Source: Bacillus safensis (GTDB lineage Bacteria; Bacillota; Bacilli; Bacillales; Bacillaceae). From it: 40,000 nucleotides of DNA. The position numbers and the translations under genes are program-made. A model generated the notes under the pieces. It saw only the letters and a program-made list of their open reading frames with translations, made no database searches and was not told the origin of the DNA. Below are positions 1 through 7,277 of the stretch, one piece after another (the first letter of the stretch is position 1; each line of letters opens with the position of its first letter). Where the stretch lies: assembly GCA_030159235.1 (NCBI GenBank), contig BSBG01000008.1, forward strand, positions 8,737 through 48,736. The letters are read 5' to 3'.

Positions 1-67
1 TTTTTCTCACTCCAAACCATGATAGTGATTTGGTCGATTATATCATATATGGTGTCATTTTTTGTTA

Positions 68-105
68 GCTATCAGCAAGGAAGCAACTCTTCACTTGCTG
101 ATAGC
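68..105. other. Perfect 12-bp stem hairpin (GCTATCAGCAAG / CTTGCTGATAGC, 14-nt loop) just beyond the xlyA stop
   Basis: Read directly. The T-run lies 5' of the stem on the plus strand, so this is not a canonical terminator for the minus-strand lysis genes. Confidence 0.4.
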
Positions 106-120
106 ACTTTAGATAGATAG

Positions 121-924
121 TCACTTTTTCTGCAATTGTTCGATTTTGTTCTTCGTCTTCGGTCCGTAAATTCCGTCTGCAGCTAATCCGTTCATGAGCT
201 GGAATCGTTTAACCGCATTTGCCGTTTTCGGTCCATAATAGCCATCAATCCCGTTGTTTTTTGCCCCTTTGTCTGGGTAAAAATAGAGAGAAGATAAGGC
301 TTTTTGCACCGCTGTGACTTGAGGTCCTTTTGTTAAGGGCTTGGTTATTTTTAAGATGCCAGATGGCAGATTTGACGATTTCTGTTTGGAAACGGATGCT
401 TTGTGGCTCAAGCCTTCTGCCTGAACTGGTTTTCTTGTGTTTTTGCTGCCAGTATGCGCTGTGGCTATTCCAGCTTTAAACTGATCCCATCGTCCGAGAA
501 GTTTCCTTGGACACTCTTTTCCGCTCCAATGTTTATGTGGCACAACATTTGATAAAGGAATTCCGAAATCTCCTATCAGCTTCCGAATAAGCCATTGGGC
601 ATTTTCTACTGCTTGTTCAAAGTTGCCGTCTACATTTTCACAAATTTCAATTCCGATTGATTTCATATTGCCGGTGCCTCTGCCATCCCCTGCGTGCCAG
701 CCGTTTTCATCTAACGGTAAATGCTGATAAATCACCTGATCATCAACAGTGTAATGCCAGCTGACTCCAGTGCTTGAACGTGCAACAAACGCTGCATGAC
801 TGGCCGCATTTGCACCTTTTGCTGTGTTTGATGTATTATGCACCGTAATATAGAGCGGCTTCATCCTATTTGCTGGTCTGTTTCGATTTTGTTTTGGGAT
901 GAATGCTTGAATGATTTTAACCAT
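121..924 (-). CDS. xlyA: N-acetylmuramoyl-L-alanine amidase endolysin (amidase_2 catalytic domain + C-terminal peptidoglycan-binding repeats)
   Basis: 267 aa. Blocks YITVHNT..WHYTVDD..NGWHAGDG..IGIEICEN..HKHWSGKECP, then GYYGPKT..GLAADGIYGPKT. Closely resembles PBSX XlyA as recalled. Last gene of the lysis cassette. Confidence 0.93.
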   Translation of the reverse strand: MVKIIQAFIPKQNRNRPANRMKPLYITVHNTSNTAKGANAASHAAFVARSSTGVSWHYTVDDQVIYQHLPLDENGWHAGDGRGTGNMKSIGIEICENVDGNFEQAVENAQWLIRKLIGDFGIPLSNVVPHKHWSGKECPRKLLGRWDQFKAGIATAHTGSKNTRKPVQAEGLSHKASVSKQKSSNLPSGILKITKPLTKGPQVTAVQKALSSLYFYPDKGAKNNGIDGYYGPKTANAVKRFQLMNGLAADGIYGPKTKNKIEQLQKK

Positions 925-943
925 GCTGTTTCTCCTTCACATA

Positions 944-1207
944 TTATTTTGTTAGCCCTCTTTGTTTCAAGGCATCTTTTTGCAATTGACCTTTGTAGGT
1001 CACATAATTGTTTTTAAACCATGCGATAACAGCTGTAACCATGGTAAAAATTGTTGAACCCGCTACATAAAGTGCCTCTCCAGCGGTTTGCACTTGCTCC
1101 TCGCTAATTGGCAGCACCGTCTGTCCAAACATGACAAGCGTTTGATTGATAAGAGCAATAAAAAGAAGCACTGTGCGAATCACAGTGCCTTTGTCGAATG
1201 TTTTCAT
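944..1207 (-). CDS. xhlB: Phage holin, XhlB family
   Basis: 87 aa, the same length as B. subtilis XhlB. Shares [21 protein letters not shown] and ..[11 protein letters not shown].. motifs with it, has two hydrophobic helices, and sits immediately upstream of the amidase. Confidence 0.9.
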   Translation of the reverse strand: MKTFDKGTVIRTVLLFIALINQTLVMFGQTVLPISEEQVQTAGEALYVAGSTIFTMVTAVIAWFKNNYVTYKGQLQKDALKQRGLTK

Positions 1208-1220
1208 GATTTTTTTCCTC

Positions 1221-1433
1221 CTATTTTAAATTCCGTTCAATTTTATCGAGTTTGTCGATCACGACGTCATACTTCTCACTAAACTTTGCCAACACATCAT
1301 TTTGCGCCTCGATTTGTGCATTGAGCTTGTTTTCTCGTTCCTTCGTTGTGTTGAGAACATAAAACAGAATCCAGCAAAAGAGAACGGCAAATGGGCCTTG
1401 TGTCATTAAGTTTTGAACGACATCTACTTCCAT
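1221..1433 (-). CDS. BhlA/UviB-family holin-like (bacteriocin-type) membrane protein; start moved to the ATG after the SD GAAAGAAGGTGAT
   Basis: [49 protein letters not shown] matches the SPbeta BhlA pattern as recalled. It occupies the position PBSX gives to xhlA. Confidence 0.8.
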   Translation of the reverse strand: MEVDVVQNLMTQGPFAVLFCWILFYVLNTTKERENKLNAQIEAQNDVLAKFSEKYDVVIDKLDKIERNLK

Positions 1434-1454
1434 TGGAATCACCTTCTTTCCGGC

Positions 1455-1478
1455 AAAAAAATAAAGCCTTTAGGCTTC
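1455..1478 (-). terminator. Weak candidate intrinsic terminator between the tail genes and the lysis cassette
   Basis: Minus strand reads AAGCC-TAAA-GGCTT followed by TATTTTTTTG. The stem is only 5-6 bp. Confidence 0.35.
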
Positions 1479-1613
1479 GTATATTTCTCCTGTTATATCT
1501 TGATAGTCATCTGCGGATATCCAGCTAATATTTACATAAAATGCGATATCCTCTGGGCCATAACACCGCCAGTCCCAAAATTGTTTGATATCTGCAACGG
1601 TTGGAAACATCAT
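1470..1613 (-). CDS. xkdX: XkdX-family small phage protein (47 aa, below the ORF-track cutoff)
   Basis: Hand translation: MMFPTVADIKQFWDWRCYGPEDIAFYVNISWISADDYQDITGEIYEA. The W..Y...V....I(S/T)..DY..ITGE.Y pattern is typical of XkdX. Its ATG overlaps the upstream stop (ATGA). Confidence 0.75.
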   Translation of the reverse strand: MMFPTVADIKQFWDWRCYGPEDIAFYVNISWISADDYQDITGEIYEA

Positions 1614-1930
1614 TCTGATTCAGCTCCTTTAAAGATAGCAAATAGCTGCGTTAATTGTTTAGATAATAAAGCATTTTGTTTCTTTAAAAGTTCTATATCA
1701 CTTGGCGGGAGAGGGGCTGGTTTTAAGCTATCTATATACGCCTGTGTCGCTGATTCATACCATTGTTGTTTTTCCACATCAAATGTAGCTTTATAAAAAG
1801 AAGGATTATTGGGTGGTGCAATTGTTGTGCATTGATCTGGAATGACATAATTGCCTTCATCATCCCTTTCGAACACTTCTATAGGTCTGACCAATTCATA
1901 TTGATGATTGTATTCATAGACTTGTATCAT
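1610..1930 (-). CDS. Putative tail-fibre assembly/accessory protein (second XkdW-position protein)
   Basis: 106 aa, directly after fibre paralog 3. Its C-terminal Pro-rich segment plus coiled coil (PLPPSDIELLKKQNALLSKQL...GAESE) mirrors the XkdW-like ORF at 4725-5054 (..LPLDYLAQEV..LKNEILLIKGESES). Confidence 0.6.
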   Translation of the reverse strand: MIQVYEYNHQYELVRPIEVFERDDEGNYVIPDQCTTIAPPNNPSFYKATFDVEKQQWYESATQAYIDSLKPAPLPPSDIELLKKQNALLSKQLTQLFAIFKGAESE

Positions 1931-1942
1931 ACTATCACTTCC

Positions 1943-3325
1943 TTAATTTAATGGGACGACCGTGTCTAAATAGTAGCCAGTTACCGCACTTTCATTCGCT
2001 GCCAGTAAACCAGTTAGCTTTAGCTCTCCTGTCTTATATATAAGTAATTTACTATGGCCTGTTGTACCTGATACTGGAACTGATACTACTAGACCTTTAT
2101 CTGGTAAGCCCGTATTTGGAATACTTCCACAGATCACTTCTCGATTTGCTTTTAGGTGACCTCTCAACAATAATAAATTTCCCCATCTAGTATATTCAAC
2201 TGGTCTATCTCCAATAGAAGAACCGCTGCCTAAGGTAACATTTAGCCACTTAACATTTTCAAAATCAGCATCAGTGACTAATTTTTTCCATCCTTTAAAG
2301 ACACCGTCAGTATGAACAGTACCGAACCAATGAGTGTTGTCGAAACTTCTGATGACATGAAAGGTCTTTCTACCATTTACAGTTTCTAAGATATCGATAT
2401 TAAACCAAGAAGAATCATTATCGACAGGCATATTTAAAACATTAGATCCAACAGCAAAGTAAAATCCGGATGGTAACGTTAAAATATCAGTTCCTATTGA
2501 CATTGAAAGTCGTAATCCCTTTGAGTTTAATAGGTTATGGTCATTGAGACGTTTCCAACCGCTCCACTCTTGTTGGGTACCTGTTACATCAGTTGTTGAA
2601 CGGTTAATATAGACATCTCCTGTATTGTTTGCACCGATGACCCAGCCGTAGGTATTTTCACTAAAGACAGACAAAGCCCTCATAGAGCTTCTTGTCGGAA
2701 GATCTGGATGTGCTTCATGGATGTACCATGAGTGAACTCCTGGCAATTTTAACAGTTTATCTAAAATACTAGGATCATCTGCATTAATTCTTTCAAAAGC
2801 TTTTCCATCGTCAGCAGTGATTTTAGACAATTGTCCTGCATTCCATTTGTTTTTTTCATTTTGAGTCGGCATTTGCACCCAGTTGATTCCGATGTCTTTT
2901 ACATAATAAGAAAAACAAAATGCATTGCCTAATGTGTCAATTGCAATTCCTACACCAATATTGTTTTGTCCTACAAGCTGGAAGCCTCTTAATGCAGCGT
3001 TCCCAATAGCAGGAGAATCGACTACTCCAACACCACCCGGGGCATAGAATGAGCAAGCACCTAGCGCTTTAATTTCCTCATAAATACTGCCGCCAGCAGG
3101 AATGCTGACCAAATGCGAGCCGTTATCATTTGTCAATTTATATAGCTGGGATTCATTCCATTTCTTCTTTTCTGAACCAGATACGTGAGGAATTTCATCT
3201 CCAGTATGAAGGTTGAGTTGTTCTAATAGTTCTTGGTCATTTTCAATCAATATCTTCACTAGATCGTTAAAGAGATCTGCATGAGCCTTATCGTTCGTCT
3301 GAAAAGGTTGAGGTGTTTTTATAAT
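1943..3325 (-). CDS. Tail fibre / receptor-binding protein paralog 3; 5' end extended to a non-canonical ATT (or ATA) start behind a strong SD
   Basis: The ORF track starts at GTG 3259. The 22 in-frame codons upstream read IIKTPQPFQTNDKAHADLFNDL, the same N-terminal motif as the other two fibre proteins. AAAGGAG lies 6 nt before the ATT, and an in-frame TGA lies just upstream. Confidence 0.7.
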   Translation of the reverse strand: MIKTPQPFQTNDKAHADLFNDLVKILIENDQELLEQLNLHTGDEIPHVSGSEKKKWNESQLYKLTNDNGSHLVSIPAGGSIYEEIKALGACSFYAPGGVGVVDSPAIGNAALRGFQLVGQNNIGVGIAIDTLGNAFCFSYYVKDIGINWVQMPTQNEKNKWNAGQLSKITADDGKAFERINADDPSILDKLLKLPGVHSWYIHEAHPDLPTRSSMRALSVFSENTYGWVIGANNTGDVYINRSTTDVTGTQQEWSGWKRLNDHNLLNSKGLRLSMSIGTDILTLPSGFYFAVGSNVLNMPVDNDSSWFNIDILETVNGRKTFHVIRSFDNTHWFGTVHTDGVFKGWKKLVTDADFENVKWLNVTLGSGSSIGDRPVEYTRWGNLLLLRGHLKANREVICGSIPNTGLPDKGLVVSVPVSGTTGHSKLLIYKTGELKLTGLLAANESAVTGYYLDTVVPLN

Positions 3326-3384
3326 CTTTTTCTCCTTTCAAAAAACTATTATTATTCAGGCATTGTTATGATAAATTAGTTATT

Positions 3385-4548
3385 TCACTTTGTTCTAAAC
3401 CGGAAACCAAACGTGATAAATTCATTAGGATTCAGATCATTAGAACAATATTGAACACAGACTTTTCCATCAGTACCGATTGCGGTCCTATGAATTTGTG
3501 GTGTATTGCCCTTACCTATGCTTGACGCTACTCCAATAAAGTGTGTCGATTGCATTGGTCTGAATCCTTCTTTTAAGGTAAAAACAACAGAGTCAAAACC
3601 AACTTTACCACCGGTAATTGATCCAACTATTTCAACAACACCTAGTGCATCTTTACTATATTGCACGGTGTGGGGGATACCATCGACAGAATTATATATT
3701 TTCCAACCGTTATCGAGCATCGAAACATCTACCTTGTTCCACTTCACCTCTTCATCCGCAGCAGACAGTAATCTACGCCAGCCCTGCCAGCCTAAATTTA
3801 AATCAAGATAATTTGTAAAAATGTTATTACGATAATCTACAGCAATGACCCATCCAAAAGTTCCCTTGTTATTATTATCAGCAGATGTAAAGTGATAAAA
3901 ACCTCGTGCAGATAAAGCAGACGGATTGTCTTGTACTCCAGCTGGTGAATAAAATGTACCGAATACTTTCCCTGCTTGAATAATTTTATCGAGTAAACTC
4001 TCTGTAGCTCCTACAGATACACGAACTCCACCCGTATCATTTGTAATTTTAATTAATTGGCTGCCATTCCATTTATTTAAATCTGATATATTTGGTAGAG
4101 GTGTCCACGTAATCGTAGTGTGACCAGAATTGTAGTAAAAACTGTACGCATTTCCCGCTATGTCTACTGCAAAGCCTGCCCCTATATTATTTTGGCCTAC
4201 TATTTGCATACCTCTCAGTGATAAATTTGACGGTGATGGAGAATCTTCGACTCCAGAAGCTGCGTAAAATGTACATGTCCCTTTATCCTTAATTGCATCA
4301 AATATTTTTGAATCAGCTGAGACATTGATGAGCTGCATACCGTTGTCTGCAGTTATTTTATAAATTTGTGATTCATTCCATTTTTTCTTTTCCGCATCTG
4401 AGGAATGTAAATTGACGTCATTTTTATGCATCAAGAGTTGCTCGATCACTCCCTGATCATTCTCAAGTAAAACCTTCACCATGTCATTGAATAAATCAGC
4501 ATGGGCTTTGTCGCTAACTTCAAATGACTTTGGTTTTTTTATCTCCAT
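3385..4548 (-). CDS. Tail fibre / receptor-binding protein paralog 2
   Basis: 387 aa. N-terminus is MEIKKPKSFEVSDKAHADLFNDMVKVLLENDQ. It has two internal KKWN.SQ.YKIT.DNG modules shared with paralog 3 and a distinct C-terminal domain. Confidence 0.8.
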   Translation of the reverse strand: MEIKKPKSFEVSDKAHADLFNDMVKVLLENDQGVIEQLLMHKNDVNLHSSDAEKKKWNESQIYKITADNGMQLINVSADSKIFDAIKDKGTCTFYAASGVEDSPSPSNLSLRGMQIVGQNNIGAGFAVDIAGNAYSFYYNSGHTTITWTPLPNISDLNKWNGSQLIKITNDTGGVRVSVGATESLLDKIIQAGKVFGTFYSPAGVQDNPSALSARGFYHFTSADNNNKGTFGWVIAVDYRNNIFTNYLDLNLGWQGWRRLLSAADEEVKWNKVDVSMLDNGWKIYNSVDGIPHTVQYSKDALGVVEIVGSITGGKVGFDSVVFTLKEGFRPMQSTHFIGVASSIGKGNTPQIHRTAIGTDGKVCVQYCSNDLNPNEFITFGFRFRTK

Positions 4549-4554
4549 TCCAAT

Positions 4555-4713
4555 CTACTCCTTCTTTCTAAAGTTTGGGTCAATTTCTTTTAATTGCTTT
4601 AAAGTCAGCAAGTGCTGCTGATATCCCTCATTCATTTCTTCCATTGAACAATCACCTAGTTCAATGGCTTGTTTGACTAGCTCAGGTGTCGCCCATTGAA
4701 AATATAATGCCAT
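4555..4713 (-). CDS. Small hypothetical protein (52 aa) in the xkdX position of the first fibre set
   Basis: Hand translation: MALYFQWATPELVKQAIELGDCSMEEMNEGYQQHLLTLKQLKEIDPNFRKKE. It is tightly packed between neighbours, and its last codons form the SD (AAGGAG) of the next gene. No clear XkdX motif. Confidence 0.5.
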   Translation of the reverse strand: MALYFQWATPELVKQAIELGDCSMEEMNEGYQQHLLTLKQLKEIDPNFRKKE

Positions 4714-4724
4714 GACCCAATAAT

Positions 4725-5054
4725 TCATGATTCACTCTCTCCTTTAATTAAAAGGATCTCATTTTTTAACGCCTTTAGTTCGTTTGTTAGAAGATCATAT
4801 TGGTGTTCAAGCTGTTTTCTTATCAGCTTTTCTTTCGCTACTTCTTGCGCTAGATAATCTAGTGGAAGAGGTGGTTGATACCTCGGATTGGCTTGGGATT
4901 CCTCCCACCATTTTTTCAATTCTTCTGCCGTTGGCTTTGGCACATCTAGATGCCACTCGTTTATATACGAACCGTCGCCGTCATTTCTTAGTTCAAAATC
5001 CTTTTGCGGGTCCGCATCAGGGTATTTATATTTAATCGCTTCATATAAAATCAT
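4725..5054 (-). CDS. xkdW: XkdW-like protein
   Basis: 109 aa. MILYEAIKYKYPDA...DFELRNDGDGSYI..W....P.PT.EEL..WWEE closely follows PBSX XkdW as recalled. Confidence 0.85.
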   Translation of the reverse strand: MILYEAIKYKYPDADPQKDFELRNDGDGSYINEWHLDVPKPTAEELKKWWEESQANPRYQPPLPLDYLAQEVAKEKLIRKQLEHQYDLLTNELKALKNEILLIKGESES

Positions 5055-5064
5055 CAGAATCCTC

Positions 5065-5943
5065 CTACACTCTCGGGAAATTTCGGCCGCCTAATTCCGT
5101 AATATCGAAATAGTTGTACCAGCCTGAATTATCAGATACGTAGCGGCTAACATCTCCGTCATATCCTACATACATATAAATTTCTAAATAATCCCCTTTA
5201 TTAGCCGGTACATTGGCAGCACCATAAATCCCCGTACTTAAGCTCAATGTATCAGATGGGCTTCCAGGACTTTGTCTATGGTGTGCGATATTTTTATATC
5301 TTTTTCCATTCAAATAGATTGATAATTCAAAGTTTGCATATCTTTGAAAACTGTCAATATAAACACCTGCATTTACTAAATACATCCCATTTTCGGGACA
5401 GATGAAGCGATTATTATTGATGTCAAAATTATTATGACTATCTTTTATCTTTCGATTAAAGAGGACTTTTTGATACTCTCCCTTGGTTAACAGCTGCTTA
5501 CCAGTTGTACCAATGTTCGTATGAAGAAAACCAGAGATTTTGTGCCACTCGGTCCAGCCAGAGGCCATATACCATTGTCTAAACCAAATACCAGTACTAG
5601 TAAAATAACTACTTGATTCATTACCGTTGCCATAATAATATTGTACAAAACGATACTCATTTATTTTTTCGTTCTTCACAAAACCTAATTTTGTAGGATA
5701 TCCGGTATCATTCGCTTGACTAATAGCCATCAACGTAATCCCTTTTGGATATTGCTCACCGCTGACTGATGCATCTTGAATGGCTTGATCACCTGTTAAT
5801 ATGAACAAACTTTCATTTGTGATTCCTTCTATCTGTGTACTGAGTGCATGATCATTCTCTACAAGTGTGTCGACCATCTGGTTAAACAAATTGGCATGGG
5901 CTTTGTCTGAGGTTTCAAACGGTAAAGGTGATTTTATGTCCAC
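5065..5943 (-). CDS. Tail fibre / receptor-binding protein paralog 1 (xkdV position) with a possible C1q/TNF-like jelly-roll C-terminal domain
   Basis: 292 aa. N-terminus is MDIKSPLPFETSDKAHANLFNQMVDTLVENDH. The C-terminus FICPENGMYLVNAGVYI...ELSIYLNGKRY...GDYLEIYMYV resembles the C1q-head pattern (inference). Confidence 0.75.
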   Translation of the reverse strand: MDIKSPLPFETSDKAHANLFNQMVDTLVENDHALSTQIEGITNESLFILTGDQAIQDASVSGEQYPKGITLMAISQANDTGYPTKLGFVKNEKINEYRFVQYYYGNGNESSSYFTSTGIWFRQWYMASGWTEWHKISGFLHTNIGTTGKQLLTKGEYQKVLFNRKIKDSHNNFDINNNRFICPENGMYLVNAGVYIDSFQRYANFELSIYLNGKRYKNIAHHRQSPGSPSDTLSLSTGIYGAANVPANKGDYLEIYMYVGYDGDVSRYVSDNSGWYNYFDITELGGRNFPRV

Positions 5944-5958
5944 TTCATTTCCCCTCCA

Positions 5959-6342
5959 TTAATAAATATCATCAATCTCAAAAACAAATTCGATGTCGCC
6001 GTCTTTTTGTTTGTCTGTCATGGTGCGGATGGCGGTGAATTTGCCGTCTTCATCGACAAGAGCTAGTTCATTGATGACTTCTCCTGCAAGTTCTCCTTCG
6101 GCGATCGTGCAGGTATAGCGAATTTTTGCTGGCTCCATGAAGGTAAATGAATCAATATTTTTTTGGACCAGTTCCTTTTTGAGTGCTTGTTCGGTGCCAT
6201 CGAGAGAGAGTGGTTTTCCATCCTTCGTTCCCCCATTTCCAAATGCCATTTTGACGACTTTTGTGAGTTTTGTTCCTTCTGCTCTTGCCTTTGCCATTTG
6301 TTGACGTGCATATAGTGTTGTTACGGTTAATTGATCAGCCAT
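5959..6342 (-). CDS. Stand-alone phage tail-collar fibre N-terminal domain protein (P2 gpH N-terminus-like, DUF3751-type)
   Basis: 127 aa. The pattern T...A....AKA.AEG.KL....MAFGNGG......L....T.L..E......I........YTC.I...E..GE.INELAL.D.DG...A matches the P2-type collar domain as recalled. Confidence 0.65.
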   Translation of the reverse strand: MADQLTVTTLYARQQMAKARAEGTKLTKVVKMAFGNGGTKDGKPLSLDGTEQALKKELVQKNIDSFTFMEPAKIRYTCTIAEGELAGEVINELALVDEDGKFTAIRTMTDKQKDGDIEFVFEIDDIY

Positions 6343-6353
6343 TGTGATCCTCC

Positions 6354-7277
6354 TTATAGCTCTATTTTTTTAGAAGTTGCTGCTAGCATTTTTGATCCAT
6401 CCAGCGGAACAGATCCATCGAGAATCCAGTAATGATCCTTGATCAGTAAGCTGCCACCCTGCTCAGTTTGGACATGTACTGGCAGGCGGAACGTCATCTT
6501 CTTCTTGGTGTGATGCGAAAGCTGGTTCTTGGTGCGTAAAGTCAGCGCCGCTTTTTGTTCCGTCTCATGTACCGCTCCAGTTATGACATAGTTCATGCGA
6601 TATGCTGTTTCTGACTTATGCTGAAGCGGCATTTTCATCTTCAATGAATGCCGAAAACGAGCAGGTACATCCGTTGTACCTCGTGTTCCACTGAGATAAA
6701 ACGTACCATTTAATACAAATTCACCATTGAGTAAAATCGGAATATGATCGAAAAAACCCACCCTGCTTCGCAGTGTGAGTCTTTGATGATGTTCATTTTT
6801 TTCATGCACATCAGTATGATGAAAAGCAGTGAACGTATAAGCCAAGTGAGCAGGCTTTAACGTTTCAAGAATTTCTACAATATATCTCGTGTTTTGCAGA
6901 TCATCTAGGTTCACACGTAAGGCGAAGTGGTAGCGATTAGTTGTAAGACGGATGATGGCACTTGGATTCTTGAGAAAGCGATTCACTGATTTCTCTAATG
7001 AAAGATATGTGATTGGCGGAATATTCGACATCATATTGAGTAAGCGCGCTCTGCGCAGTTCAATGGAATCATCTGATTCCCGCTGCACCTTCAGCATTCT
7101 TTCCCATCTATTCAATCCCCATGTCGCTGTTAAAGGAAAGAACTGATCCGTTAAGTCGAAAATGGATTCATCCAATTGCTCAAATTCAGGTGCCTCTGTC
7201 TTGAGCAGGTGATCTACTTCATAAATTTCTGTAAAATATGGCGGCAAGTAGTTTTTCAATTCATCCTGTTTGCTCAA
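6354..7277 (-). CDS. xkdU: Baseplate/tail protein, XkdU-like (P2 gpI-type, DUF2313) with a long C-terminal extension
   Basis: N-terminus ...YLPPYF.EI.E...L...E..EF..L...I.DL.DQFF...ATWGL.RWE..L is typical of the family. Positioned after the baseplate J gene. Confidence 0.75.
   Translation of the reverse strand: MSKQDELKNYLPPYFTEIYEVDHLLKTEAPEFEQLDESIFDLTDQFFPLTATWGLNRWERMLKVQRESDDSIELRRARLLNMMSNIPPITYLSLEKSVNRFLKNPSAIIRLTTNRYHFALRVNLDDLQNTRYIVEILETLKPAHLAYTFTAFHHTDVHEKNEHHQRLTLRSRVGFFDHIPILLNGEFVLNGTFYLSGTRGTTDVPARFRHSLKMKMPLQHKSETAYRMNYVITGAVHETEQKAALTLRTKNQLSHHTKKKMTFRLPVHVQTEQGGSLLIKDHYWILDGSVPLDGSKMLAATSKKIEL

Noticed and set aside
6063-6311. 82-aa ORF nested in another frame of the collar-domain gene
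   Set aside because: It is fully contained in a gene with a recognisable domain pattern, its composition is biased, and it has no SD.
1943-6342. Possibility that the multi-fibre locus is an invertible shufflon (Gin/Cin-type) or a diversity-generating retroelement target
   Set aside because: All fibre genes are on the same strand. No recombinase or reverse transcriptase gene is in the window. I saw no inverted crossover repeats and no template/variable repeat pair.
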